A DNA stretch of 63,191 bases, the filler included, from Hausera hauseri (Eukaryota), in the NCBI GenBank assembly GCA_046269625.1. It is 13 parts of 13 records of this genome, joined end to end, with 100 filler letters (N's around TTAATTAATTAA, not from the genome) between each part and the next. Parts side by side here need not be neighbours in the genome. Positions count along the whole stretch, not along the records: positions 24,106 to 28,573 come from JBJURY010565561.1; positions 28,674 to 34,917 come from JBJURY010120762.1; positions 35,018 to 39,292 come from JBJURY010663330.1; 10 more parts are not named here. One strand, 5' to 3'. Under the pieces are notes generated by a model. The model was not told where the DNA came from. It searched no databases and was given only the letters and a program-made list of their open reading frames with translations. The position numbers were made by a program, and so were the translations under genes. This document shows, in pieces, positions 24,106-35,769 of this stretch (position 1 is its first letter; every line of letters starts with the position of its first letter).

Positions 24106-26490
24106 TGCCATTTTATTACGCATTATTTCGTAATTTAACTTACACTCGTTCATTATTATCTCACGATATAAACTTCTAATTTTTTTCCTTACGTAATTAA
24201 TCAAAAAGTCGATCTTGTTATCGAAATATTGCATCAACTTTACACCTTTCTTGTCGACTTTTGTTTTTTCGCCGGGTATTCTTTTTTTCGATAAGAAAAT
24301 ACCCTTATAATTAGTTTTTGAAGCTTCTTTATTACATTTAGTTGCTACTCCCGTGATCTTAAATCGCATCATGTCTTCCAGATTTTCTGAGTATACAAAT
24401 GTAGCTACTTCTGTCATCTTGACTTTCTTCGTTCCTTCTTTATACGTCGCTGCCTCTTTTTCCGTTGTTTTTCCAACCGTTTTACTAAATTTTCCTTTTT
24501 TCAACAACGTTAATTGACATTTATTTGCTATGGTTTCCCAAGTCATTTCAGACTCTCCAGTATCACATTCACCATTATCATATTCACATTCACTCATTGC
24601 CGTCATTACTTCTGTCTGTGAATCGAAGAGTACTTCATATTCTTTCAACTGAATCTGATAATCTTTGATGGCTACCGTTCTAGGGGCGATGGTACCTCCT
24701 ACGTCATAATCCACTCCTTTACACGTGCCTTCCATTGTTTTATCTATTCTTCCGGCCCTAAATATTCTAGTATATTTTATTCGATTTCGTATTGCCGGTA
24801 TATGTGCATTTTGTATCGTAATAATACCAATCTTAAAAGCATCCTGACACTCTGCTCGTGATATAATGATTGGTTTGAAAGGTGTAGTAGGCTCAATTAT
24901 AGCTGAATTTCCGGAATAGTAAGCACAATTAAACAGAAAGAAGGACCTCTTTACATAACATTCTCTGACCTTTGCTTTTATAAATTCCGACTCTTGATAT
25001 ACGAAGTACGTAAAACCACATGTCGTTGTTAGTTGTTCCGGATCAGCTTCTGGGCACTTCTCCAAATCTACCAAAGAGTACTTTTGACCTTCGCTAGGTT
25101 TAGAGCAATCATAAGCTATTATACCTACCGCTTTTGGCATAAGTAATGACGTTATTAATAGAATTTGAATAATCTCCATCATTGACATGCCTGTCGTACC
25201 TGCTCTAGTGGTACCTGGTTGTGTCGGAGCTGGCGTCTCTATTAACCTTTCTCGTTCTCCAGGCCTTATTACATTAGTCATCAGACTGCTTAGCCATCCA
25301 CCTCTACATTGAGCCCAATTGCCTAACGTATCTTTCAAAATTTTTACGGCTGTTCGTATATTCCGTTCTATTTCTTCTAAGTTTTGCGTTTGATGATTTA
25401 TTACTATTATTTTATATAACAGATACGATATCGCCGTTCGAGCTTTTTCGCGTGTAATTCCGGTTGCGAACATTTTTTCTAAAATATCCATCTCATGCAG
25501 TTCATTTATTCGTTCTTCCTCTAAGTTTTCATAGAATTGCCTACTTATTCGTAGCATATTATTATGTAACGTTGTGAATAGTTCATCTGGTATTATTGTC
25601 TGCATGTCAAATGAGGCGAATGACGTATGTAGTCTAGCCAATAATGTTCTTAATAATGGGTCTATGTCCACCGATTCAGGAGTACCATCTGTTCCTGCTA
25701 ATAATAATCGTCTTACTATTTCTTCATTTCTATCTTTTCTATTACGAATGTCACTTATTTTAGTTCCTTTCGGCCTACCTCTTCTCTTGGCTTCTGTTTG
25801 AACTGTGACATCTTGGGTATCACCCATAGGATTCTCTACTTCCTGTGGTTCTAGTTCCCTTAGGATATTTTCTACTGTTGCCTGAGCTCTTGCCTCTGGA
25901 TGTATTTCGGTTAACGTTATCGGATTGTAGTTCTCACTTCTACATCCAATTCTTAATAATTTATCGTAGTTATATAACGTCCTCCCATAATAACTTAATC
26001 CATAAGGACTTCCTTGATAGAAAGGTTCCAACTCCTCAATCTTTTCTCTTAAAGATTGTATATCGTCTACTTCATTCATCCTAATAACCCTCATGTCTTG
26101 GTTTCCTTCTCTTACTGTTATCCGTATAACTTCATTTCTTCCTTTCTCATCCTCGGCAGCTTTGGCTAATACCGTCCTGGCTATTTCTCTAACAGGACTG
26201 GTATCTTGAGCTAATAGCACCAATTGGCGTAGGATTTCATTCATCCTCTCTGGCGTTACTTTGTTAGTCAGTATCTTCAATATCGTAGTAGTCGTTTTAT
26301 CCACATCGATTATGTTATCGGGATCGACCGTCAACACTGCCTGGATGATATCTTCTTCTTCGTCTAAGTCTACACCTGGGTTCCTTATTACCTGGCCCAA
26401 TATAGCATCGTCAAATATTGGCGTGGCTTGGGTTTCTTCTGGATTGAATGAGGGTAAGGGTGTACTAAGGTTACTCTTCTTTCTTCCTCT
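24106..26490 (-). CDS. Retroelement polyprotein segment: ubiquitin-like domain, AT-hook, internal signal peptide, chuvirus-like glycoprotein (5' part; runs off contig)
   Basis: Open for more than 760 codons. UBL about 25906-26127, KRRGRPKG about 25765-25788, hydrophobic IIQILLITSLLMPKAVG, then IIAYDC..YSLVDLEKC, ECYVKRS..NC, GTCKG, ECKLNYEIMRNKMA. Confidence 0.8.
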
Positions 26491-27710
26491 TTTCTTTTTT
26501 TACTACCTCTTCCCTCTCTGTTAATGTTTCTCTTGATTCAACCTCTACATCAACTATTTTCCTATTGCCTCTCTTTCTTCCTTTTCGTGATCCCTGTTTC
26601 TCTGGTTGATTTTCTATCATATAGATACTACTTTCTTTTAGTCTTTGCTGCTGTCTTTTATACTCCTTTAATTCTATTTCTAATTGCTTTTTCGTGCGTT
26701 GGTACAACGTGTCGTTGATATAATTGACACTTTCTTTCTTTTTATTTTTTTTAGTCTCTTTTGCGCTAACGTTGTCATCCGTTTCGTATTCCATATCGGA
26801 GGATTCATTTGGCGTGGCCGATGTATAATATTTTTTCTGTTGTTTTTTCTTATTACTTGATCTCGAGGAATCTCCTTTGCGTGATCTACATGACTTGGCT
26901 ATATGTCCACATTTATTACAATTAAAACATTTCAGTCTTCCTTCGGAATCTATGTTAGGCAGTGATCTTCCATCCTTCTTAGATTTCTTCTTATAATTTG
27001 CCTTTTCCCCATCGTTTCGTAAATTAAACCTGACTTTCTTTTCCACATTTGACTCAGCTTCTGTGGCTGACGTTTGTGAGGAGCTTCTGTTTCTTTCATA
27101 ACGTTGATATCGTTGAGTACTATTGTTTCTTCTTTTATCATATCCATTGTTATTACTTTTAGACTTCTTCCACCCATACAGTTTTGCATCTCGTTTGTCT
27201 TTTCGCGCCTTTCTTATTGCTTCTTGGAACGTAGGCGGGTCTGTTTGTGAAATTATTGTCCTTAATCTTTCTTCTAGTCCGTATTGAAATTGGGCCAACA
27301 ATGCGTTATTCCGCATCGTAACATCCGGATATACTCTTGATGCGAGTTTTTCCAATGCACAGACAAAGTCCTAGACTGTTTCGTCTTTATATTGCCTTCT
27401 TCTTATAAATTCTTCGATTCTCCCCTTTCCAGGGGGATCTAGTAAAAACTTTTGAGGCAGTTTTTCTTTAATTCCTTTCCATTCCTTCTTGTCTTCGTCC
27501 AGCATCTGATATTAAATCATAAGAGCCGTCCCTTTTAGATAAAGTGGTAATCTTTTTAATCCTTTCTTGTCGTCCTCACCGAAGCTTTAGGAATATACTT
27601 CGTATTCCATCATGAAATCATGTATGTCTTCTTTGAACGAGAACTTTTTCATCGGTAGAGTGAAATCAGTCTTCGACTGAATCACCTGCTCTACGTTATG
27701 GTTTGCCATA
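26471..27710 (-). pseudogene. gag: Gypsy-type gag with CCHC zinc knuckle
   Basis: LPLYLKG.A, RRQ.KDETV.DF..ALEKLA...YP, QFQYGL, PPTFQEAI..A, CFNCNKCGHIAKSC; stops in the 5' part. Confidence 0.85.
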
Positions 27711-28673
27711 AGTTCGTCAAGGCTTAATGCGAAATGAGAAAAGAGTGAATATAATGCCCACAATTACCTTAGAAATTAATTTGAAATTCTCGACAATGAT
27801 TACTGATATTATTTACGGAATCAGGTTGGAATAAATAGAAAAGCAAAAATCAGAAAGGCATAGGAGTGAAGTAGTGAGAATCCCAAGCAATCAGTATCAG
27901 ACTGAAATTCACACAAGTATTCGAAAAAGTTATGAGAAGTATCGATCAGATATAGCTGAGGACGAAATTGGACTCATTTCTAATCTGAGGAAATTGCTTT
28001 GAGGAGAGCCGAGTCAACCAAATCAATTCGAAAATCACTGTACATAAGATGAAAGCAGCTACGAAAAAATAAGTGGATTTAATTGGATTTATCATGATTT
28101 TTGTTACTAATTCTGTTCAATCGTCACTAATTACATTGGTAGAGACTTCTACGTAAATGGTTAATTAGTGGGGAGAACAACTAACGTTGACTTGATTAGA
28201 CGTTGTGAGTGGGTATGCAGAGAGGTGTTGTACTGGCTTACCTACCTATTAGTCGGTAATGTGTATGGGGATACTCTTTGGATTATTTTATTACTTTCTA
28301 CTGTTTACTTTCTTATCTTTTATTTAAAAATTAAACTGGCGACCATCAGGTAGAGTTAGACTTGGTCGACCAAATACCAACTTAATTAGCTTTTACTTAA
28401 TTACTCACGTTAATTAGTAAAAAGACTTTAAAAATAAAAAAATAATGTAATGTAGTTCTAAAAGATACGAACAAACAGCATTAACAAACACAACATAAAA
28501 ATCAAATGATACACTTACACGTAGACATGGAGTGATGTATCATAAATTTGTAAATAGCCAATGTCTGTTTTCANNNNNNNNNNNNNNNNNNNNNNNNNNN
28601 NNNNNNNNNNNNNNNNNTTAATTAATTAANNNNNNNNNNNNNNNNNNNNNNNNNNNNNNNNNNNNNNNNNNNN

Positions 28674-28832
28674 TGAAAACCAGCTCAGGACACTGGAAAC
28701 AGTCTCCTGGGTTTTCGATAAAAGAACCACAGGGCAAGTAGTAATATTATGAGTAATAGTATAGTACGTAACAACAACAAACTAAACTAAATAAATATTA
28801 TTATTCATACCCACAACAATATTATTACTACA
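28674..28832 (+). repeat. 3' part of the 5' LTR of a Gypsy element
   Basis: Ends ...TACTACA, 3 nt before a perfect PBS; contains AATAAA; the 5' end is lost at the contig edge. Confidence 0.6.
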
Positions 28833-28835
28833 AAA

Positions 28836-28853
28836 TGGGGGCTCGTCCGGGAT
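28836..28853 (+). promoter_or_regulatory. Primer binding site, tRNA-Pro
   Basis: TGGGGGCTCGTCCGGGAT is the canonical 18-nt tRNA-Pro PBS. Confidence 0.93.
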
Positions 28854-29149
28854 CGAAAAATTAAGATCACCCGAGGAGAGGAGCTAGATCACCGTACCTC
28901 GTCCGGGAGCGAAAATATAGATCACCCGAGGAGAGGAGCAGTATTATTTAAATCACCGTCCTTCGTCCGGGATTGAAAATATAGATCACCCGAGGAGAGG
29001 AGCAAATATTATTTAAATCACCCGTCCTTCGTCCGGGATCGAAAATTTAGATCACCCGAGGAGAGGAGCCAGTATTAATTAAAATTGTTTAACTTATAAC
29101 ACCCGTCCTTCGTCCGGGATCGAAAATATAGATCACCCGAGGAGAGGAG
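28843..29149 (+). repeat. Five-copy array of a ~40-bp PBS-derived unit with AT-rich linkers
   Basis: Core TCGTCCGGGATCGAAAATATAGATCACCCGAGGAGAGGAG starting at 28843, 28899, 28963, 29029 and 29110. Confidence 0.95.
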
Positions 29150-29706
29150 TATAAAATCTGAGGAGTGAAAGTAAGTAAGTAAAAAAATCCAGTGGAGAAT
29201 CAACGCCAAAGCTCACATAGCGACACAAGAGAACCTTTGGTCAAATTTTTTTTTTTGGTAAAGGGAAAGAAGATAATATTAAGGGAATTAATTATAATTT
29301 TAGTGAGTAATTTATTTTAGTTAAGATGCATGTTTGCCTAATAGCTTCCGTTTCAGTGTAGCAAGGCAAAGGCACAGATACAGTGATCTCGCCAGTAATC
29401 TAAGGCCTCTTATTAAATTATTATAAATAATAAAAAGGTGGGTCTTGAAGGCAGAGGCCAAGGTAAGTTCGTCGAATCAAACGACGTACGCCAAGCAGAA
29501 ATAATTAGTTAAAAGATAAGTCAAATCCAAGATTTCACGGAAATTTAAGAGTATGTATTGAGAAATTGAAGAGCGCACACTTTAGCGCCAAAATTTGAAT
29601 TATCAAAACCGCGATCACCCATTGTAACACATACGCAACACGTAGCGCACGACAAAGCAGGCACCTACATTTCATTTATCGTATTCATTTGCATGATCAT
29701 TGAAGA

Positions 29707-32700
29707 ATGGCAACGGAATCGTCAGCCCTGATGGAACAAGCTGCCAGGGAACAGGATACGACCAACAACGGACTAGCGTCCTTACTAGAACAGTTTAACA
29801 AAGATTGTGCGATACAGCAATTACGTGGGTTGACACCGGCGTTTAAGGGAGACAAGGTTATGTTACCGACATGGTTGACCATGCTGGAACTCGTAGCCAG
29901 CCAGAGGAGCCTACCGGAGGCAATGTACGTTGAAGTGGCAATGCTTACTTCCGCCGGTAAAGCCCAAACTATGATACAACAGTGGATTATGTTCGAGAAA
30001 GATATCTCCTGGAAGGAAATGAAAGCACGGTTGATCCGGACGTATGGAGAACCGATAGACCAAGACATTGTCCTACGAAGATTACATGCGGTGGTACAGG
30101 AACCACAAGAATCGATACTGTCGTATTATGAAAGAGTCCGTCAGACGCTAGTGCATGCCTTTATAGATGTAGAGAAGCTGTCATCAGACGCCCAAAGAAG
30201 ATGGGTCGCATCGTTCATAGATGGATTGGCCGAAGAACGTATCAGGAGAAAGCTCACAAAGAAACCACCGGCTACATTGACGGGAGCCATGGAAGAGGCA
30301 GTGGACCTAGAAAATGAAAACATCAGATTTAAGGCAAGATACGCCTCAAAGTTGCGTTACGCAGACGAGCGGGAGTCTCTGGAGCCAGAGGAGGTGAATG
30401 TCATTAGAGAGAGGAAGCCACAGCTAGAGCCAACCCAGAACCGGTCCCCATATGAAAGAGTATCGAGGCCATCACTAACCCAGTCCATAAAACCTGTAGG
30501 ACAAAGTATAAATCCGTATAAACCCTTTCCAAAGACAAAGTGGTATGACCTTACGGGAAAATTGGTCATGAACGCCGACCACGTCTGTGAATTCTGCCAT
30601 AACGAAGGACATACAGCCACGAAATGCCGAGCAAGAGAGAAGTTTAGACAGTGTATTACGTGTGGTGTATGCCAGCAGAATGGACATCTGGCTCAAGATT
30701 GCACCATACTAAAGAGTGAACCGAAGCCGGGGTCGATGGTCCACACCCTGGAAGAGGTGCGAAGGAGCCCCATAGCGCAGCCAGAGCAAGAGGAATGGGA
30801 GGCCAAGCAGACGTCCAACCCTAAAGAACCACAAGTGTATACTATCACTGAGACGTTGACCGAAACCGACCCATGCTCAGTCCTAGTACAGATCGAAGAT
30901 AACCTCATACGAGCGCTATTGGATACGGGAGCGAATATCTCCGTTATAGACAGTAGGACAGTAGGGGAGTTGGATATCACCCACCGGATGAAGCCGTACG
31001 AGTCATCGCTCGCAACTGCCGGTAGTGAGAGAATGACAGTAGTGGGAGAAATCAAACTCACGTTCGGGCTAGCGGGAAACAAGTTCAAACATACGTTCCG
31101 AGTGACACCGAGGTTACAAAGAAGAATGATCCTTGGTAGCGACTTCTTAGACCGGAATAAGATTGAACTCAGCTTCCGAAGGAATGCGATCAAGGTTAAG
31201 GATCAGTGGCACGGGATCGACGATGACGTATATATTGCATCCTTGGTGAGGGTAAAGGAGAACACACGGATACCACCGCAATCCATCAATGTAATACAGG
31301 CCTATGTGAAACCGTCTACTTACCTTCGCACGGGAGAGGATATATTCCTCACGAATATAGCAGACCACGAAAACTCAACACCCAGCGAAATTTTCCAGGA
31401 TCCTTGGATTCACACGATAGATACCACGGTGAGGCTGGAGGCATCGCACGACGTGCCAATCACAATAGTCAACAACTCTCAGAAACATATATTCCTACGG
31501 AAGGGTCAAGCAATCGCCACTGCAGCCAAGATACGTCAGGAAGAGTGTGAAGCCATATGCAGCATCCAAGCTGAACAGTTAACGAGGACAACGGTTGTCA
31601 GGCATGACGAGCAATCCTCAAAACCAGAAACACAAGATAGGCTAGAAAAGTTACTGAGCCAAAGGCAAAAGCACGTCACCCTAGATCGAGAAGTGGTAAG
31701 ATTGGTCAGGGAGCATCCGGACACGTTTGCTGTGGACGATAGCGAGCTGGAAACGACCAACACTGTGTATATGGACATAGATACGGGTAACCAGGCACCC
31801 ATCGCCCAAAAACCTTACCCAGTACCAATACACAAAAGAGAGTTGGTGGAGAAGGCCATTAGCGAGATGCTAGAGAATGGTATTATCTCCCACACAATAT
31901 CCCCATGGGCGTTCCCAATTGTGCTGGTGCAGAAGAAAGATGGAAGCACAAGATTTTGTGCAGATTTCAGAAAATTAAACGCCGTGTCAAAATCGATTTC
32001 TTTCCCTCTGCTACACATAAACACCATCATCGATAGCCTGGCTAATAGCAATTACTTTTCGACGCTGGATGCAAGGGCAGGATTTTGGGTCATACCCATG
32101 ACAGAAAGAGCAAAAGAGCGGGCAACGATCACTACCCACATGGGCACGTTCAATTTTAACGTTATGCCTTTTGGCCTGAAAGGGGCACCGGCGACGTTTA
32201 TGGCCTTAATGAACCGAGTGCTGCAAGGTTTGTCGAACATCGCGATGGCCTATATTGACGATATTATAGTACACACAAACGGCACACTGGAAGACCATAT
32301 TAGGGATTTGAAAGTAGTCTTCAATAGACTAAAGCAACATCACGTCAGGTTGAAGTTGAGCAAATGTGCATTCTTCCAAAAGGAGACCAAGTATTTGGGA
32401 TTTATAGTAGGGCAGAAAGGCATACGACCAGATCCCGAGAAGGTAGAGGCGATACAAGGAATCCCAGAACCGACCTCGGTACGAGAAGTACGAAGCTTCA
32501 TAGGATCTTGTAGCTATTATCGGAGATTCCTGCCGGCGTTTTCGTCGATAGCAGAACCACTCATCAATCTCACGAGGAAAGGTACTCGATTCAGATGGTC
32601 CGAGGAATGTAGTGCAGCCTTCATGGAACTTAAGGAACAGTTCAATAAAATACCCATCCTGGGATACCCCGATATCACGAAACCCCTCATATTATATACC

Positions 32701-34779
32701 GATAGCTCAGACTTTGCAGTGGGGGCAGTGCTCGTACAATGCACTGAAGAAAACGCACCCATCCCGGGAATTCCTAACGAAATACCGATAGCCTTCCTAT
32801 CGCATTCGCTGAACAAGACGCAAAGAAAATGGTCTACGACGGATAAAGAGGCCTACGCCATCGTATTCGCGTTGCAGAAATTCCACGCATACCTATACGG
32901 AGCAAAATTTATCTTAAGAACGGACCATCAATGCCTGCAATATCTGTTGGCGTCAGAACAGAAGAGCCGAAAATTACAAAACTTTGCGCTGAATATACAA
33001 GCCTATGATATGACCATTGAATATATCCCAGGGAAACAGAATACGTGCGCCGATTTCTTGAGCAGAATCCATCATAGAGAACGTGAGGGAAGTGTCGCAG
33101 ATGAAGACGACATTGAAATTAACGACCATACGTATGAGGTTAACATAATAAACGCGAATAGACGAAAAGATTATAGTACCGTGGAGGTAACGGAAGAAGA
33201 AGGCAGCAGGAAACCGTTGACTACTCTGACACAAAACGTCGACATGAAACGAGAACAAGAAAACGACCCGCACTGTCAACAACTCCTGATGCGCTTAGAA
33301 ACGAATCCGAAGAAGAACGAAAGGTATATCAAATTTGAAGACGGGCTGTTGTACCATATCCACTACAACAACATGCTCCGGTTGGTGGTACCCAAAACGC
33401 TACAGCCGCATATAATACATCAGTACCATGATTTACAAGGGCACTGCGGTATCTCAAGAACTCTGATGACGATAGAGGCCAAATATTTTTGGGAACATCT
33501 AGCGAAGGATATCTATAAGTATGTCTCCACCTGCACACACTGCCAACTGAATCGGAGAGACTCGACCAAAACTCCAATACTGGAAACCGAACCGCCGAAA
33601 TTCACCTTCCAGAAAATTTCGCTAGACCTAACCGGACCGCATCCCAAAACACTATTAGGGAATCAGTACATACTGCACGTCGTAGATGAATACTCCGCGT
33701 GGCAGGAAGCTTACCCGCTACCCAACAAACTAAGCGATAATGTGGTAAATACCTTGGTGCAAAAGTATTTCACGGAATTCAGCGTCCCACAGGAGATCCT
33801 TACGGATAACGGGGGAGAATTCGTGAATAGTAGGTTCGAGGAGATGTGCAAAAGATACAATATCGTGCATCGAAGGACCAGTATCTACCACCCACAAGCC
33901 AACGGGAGGAATGAGGCGTCACACAAAACGCTATATGAGATTATGAAGACATATGTGAATGATACCCGAGACAATTGGGATACGTTCTTGCCGTTTTGTT
34001 TGTCCGCCATTAGGACCACATACCAAACTTCGACCGGGCTTAGCCCATATAAAATAGTATTCGGGCACGAACCGACGTTACCTTTGGATAATATTCTGCT
34101 CAAACAGGCAAAGCTATATTACGGTACAGAAACACACGAACTACTCTTCCATAACTTCGATAAAATCCACAGTCAAGTAATTAAAAACGTCAAACAGATG
34201 AAAGCCAGAAACTTGCAATATCACAATAAGACCGCCGAGTTTAAACAGTTGAACCCCGGAACACCAGTTCTATACAAAGTTCAGAAAAAGCAATCCAAGT
34301 TTGATAACAAATGGGTGAAAGGCTTCAATATTGTGGAAAAGCTAGGAGAGGCCACTTATCTAATAGAACACCAAATCTCAGGCCGAAAAATTATAGTGCA
34401 CGAATCAGCCCTGAAGCAAGAGCAACTCGCAAGTACGGAAACCGAAAGGGTGGATGCACAAGAACAACCAGACTTTACCAGCTACGTGCAAGATTTTACG
34501 AACACAGCACAGTTTGAACAACACGAGGAGGTTATAACCAACAAGAATACCGATCCGCAAGAGATTAGAGAAACAGAGAGAGAATCAGAACTCGATGTAA
34601 TACCGTATATTTTGGGAACTCAATGCACGACATCGCAACCAGAACAGAGAACAGTGGAACCAGGAATGCAAGGAATCAAACCAGCCGAAATACAGCCAAC
34701 ACAATCCAGCGGTAGCTCCGAAGCAGACACACCAGCACTTAACACACGTTCCAGAAAAAAGGTTACCTTCTGCCTATAA
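29707..34779 (+). CDS. pol: Intact Gypsy/Ty3 Gag-Pol polyprotein (1690 aa)
   Basis: Two knuckles (CEFCHNEGHTATKC, CGVCQQNGHLAQDC), protease LLDTGA, RT SPWAFPIVLV..DFRKLN..MPFGL..YIDD, RNase H TDSSD..EAYAI..TDH, integrase HHCC + DLTGP/TDNGGEF/NGRNE; no interruptions. Confidence 0.97.
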   Translation: MATESSALMEQAAREQDTTNNGLASLLEQFNKDCAIQQLRGLTPAFKGDKVMLPTWLTMLELVASQRSLPEAMYVEVAMLTSAGKAQTMIQQWIMFEKDISWKEMKARLIRTYGEPIDQDIVLRRLHAVVQEPQESILSYYERVRQTLVHAFIDVEKLSSDAQRRWVASFIDGLAEERIRRKLTKKPPATLTGAMEEAVDLENENIRFKARYASKLRYADERESLEPEEVNVIRERKPQLEPTQNRSPYERVSRPSLTQSIKPVGQSINPYKPFPKTKWYDLTGKLVMNADHVCEFCHNEGHTATKCRAREKFRQCITCGVCQQNGHLAQDCTILKSEPKPGSMVHTLEEVRRSPIAQPEQEEWEAKQTSNPKEPQVYTITETLTETDPCSVLVQIEDNLIRALLDTGANISVIDSRTVGELDITHRMKPYESSLATAGSERMTVVGEIKLTFGLAGNKFKHTFRVTPRLQRRMILGSDFLDRNKIELSFRRNAIKVKDQWHGIDDDVYIASLVRVKENTRIPPQSINVIQAYVKPSTYLRTGEDIFLTNIADHENSTPSEIFQDPWIHTIDTTVRLEASHDVPITIVNNSQKHIFLRKGQAIATAAKIRQEECEAICSIQAEQLTRTTVVRHDEQSSKPETQDRLEKLLSQRQKHVTLDREVVRLVREHPDTFAVDDSELETTNTVYMDIDTGNQAPIAQKPYPVPIHKRELVEKAISEMLENGIISHTISPWAFPIVLVQKKDGSTRFCADFRKLNAVSKSISFPLLHINTIIDSLANSNYFSTLDARAGFWVIPMTERAKERATITTHMGTFNFNVMPFGLKGAPATFMALMNRVLQGLSNIAMAYIDDIIVHTNGTLEDHIRDLKVVFNRLKQHHVRLKLSKCAFFQKETKYLGFIVGQKGIRPDPEKVEAIQGIPEPTSVREVRSFIGSCSYYRRFLPAFSSIAEPLINLTRKGTRFRWSEECSAAFMELKEQFNKIPILGYPDITKPLILYTDSSDFAVGAVLVQCTEENAPIPGIPNEIPIAFLSHSLNKTQRKWSTTDKEAYAIVFALQKFHAYLYGAKFILRTDHQCLQYLLASEQKSRKLQNFALNIQAYDMTIEYIPGKQNTCADFLSRIHHREREGSVADEDDIEINDHTYEVNIINANRRKDYSTVEVTEEEGSRKPLTTLTQNVDMKREQENDPHCQQLLMRLETNPKKNERYIKFEDGLLYHIHYNNMLRLVVPKTLQPHIIHQYHDLQGHCGISRTLMTIEAKYFWEHLAKDIYKYVSTCTHCQLNRRDSTKTPILETEPPKFTFQKISLDLTGPHPKTLLGNQYILHVVDEYSAWQEAYPLPNKLSDNVVNTLVQKYFTEFSVPQEILTDNGGEFVNSRFEEMCKRYNIVHRRTSIYHPQANGRNEASHKTLYEIMKTYVNDTRDNWDTFLPFCLSAIRTTYQTSTGLSPYKIVFGHEPTLPLDNILLKQAKLYYGTETHELLFHNFDKIHSQVIKNVKQMKARNLQYHNKTAEFKQLNPGTPVLYKVQKKQSKFDNKWVKGFNIVEKLGEATYLIEHQISGRKIIVHESALKQEQLASTETERVDAQEQPDFTSYVQDFTNTAQFEQHEEVITNKNTDPQEIRETERESELDVIPYILGTQCTTSQPEQRTVEPGMQGIKPAEIQPTQSSGSSEADTPALNTRSRKKVTFCL

Positions 34780-35769
34780 CAAATTTCGAACAATTTTCAT
34801 CGTCATACAACATATCCGATCCAGAATTCGTATCAAAGAGAATAAAACTTTACGAACAATTGTATCAGTACCTAAAAATAGAAATTGGTGAGAATGAACT
34901 GTGTTTATATCGAGATANNNNNNNNNNNNNNNNNNNNNNNNNNNNNNNNNNNNNNNNNNNNTTAATTAATTAANNNNNNNNNNNNNNNNNNNNNNNNNNN
35001 NNNNNNNNNNNNNNNNNCCACATTGTCTTAATTGAGTATTTGTTTATCGTTTAGTATGGTGTCCCAATGTAATTAGTCAAACAATGTATTGAAACAGTTT
35101 CATTAGAATTGCGAGACGCATTGAAGCAGCCGGATTAAATGTTTTCTTAAACCATAGGAAATGTAAAAATTGATTAAATATATGGCGTATGAATAACATA
35201 CACAGAAATCACTAATTATTTTTCTCATTTTAATTTGTTTCTATGTTTCAGTTAGGTGTAGTTCTATTTTGCGTATTTTGAGAATATTATTCAAGATCAA
35301 CTAATTGAAGAATTTGTCAAGTTATTTCTAAATACGAGTTAGAGAACTGTGATCATAACATTTAAGTTTGAAGGTCATAGTTTCGTACATGTAACAATGA
35401 ACTGGAAGTACATTTCCACGTTGGTTACTGATGGTTCTTGGTGGTCTGTAGTTCATGTAATAAGATTGTAATATGTCAAATTTTATTTTTGGAGTTGGCT
35501 TTTCAACATACTATATAAACCTTAACCATTTTTATGGATTTTGAATAAAGAAAATTTTACTTGAACTTCCATTTGAAGAAAGCGTGAAAGTTTTATTTAT
35601 AACACACATACTATTTTATTTGTTTATACGTTCATTTATTTTCTTTTGGGTTATTTTAAACTATAATATGCATAAAATGAATTTTAGGAGACCAGTCGTC
35701 GTAACTTCTTAAACTGCCAGCGTATTAAAATCATTCTTTTGTAGTTGAAATAAGGGACTCAATTTAATG

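Noticed and set aside
28100-28573. LTR/PBS for the 24-27.7 kb element
   Set aside because: No convincing CA + TGG junction on the minus strand; the TGGCGACC at 28338 is on the wrong strand.
28843-29149. CRISPR-like repeat/spacer appearance
   Set aside because: The linkers are related to each other, the repeat is PBS-derived, there are no cas genes, and the context is a eukaryotic retrotransposon.
29697-34103. Numerous antisense ORFs over gag-pol (and over the other TE genes)
   Set aside because: Shadow ORFs of the coding strand with no independent motifs.
34770-34917. Possible extra ORF after the intact Gypsy pol
   Set aside because: Only about 48 open codons before the contig end; cannot be called.
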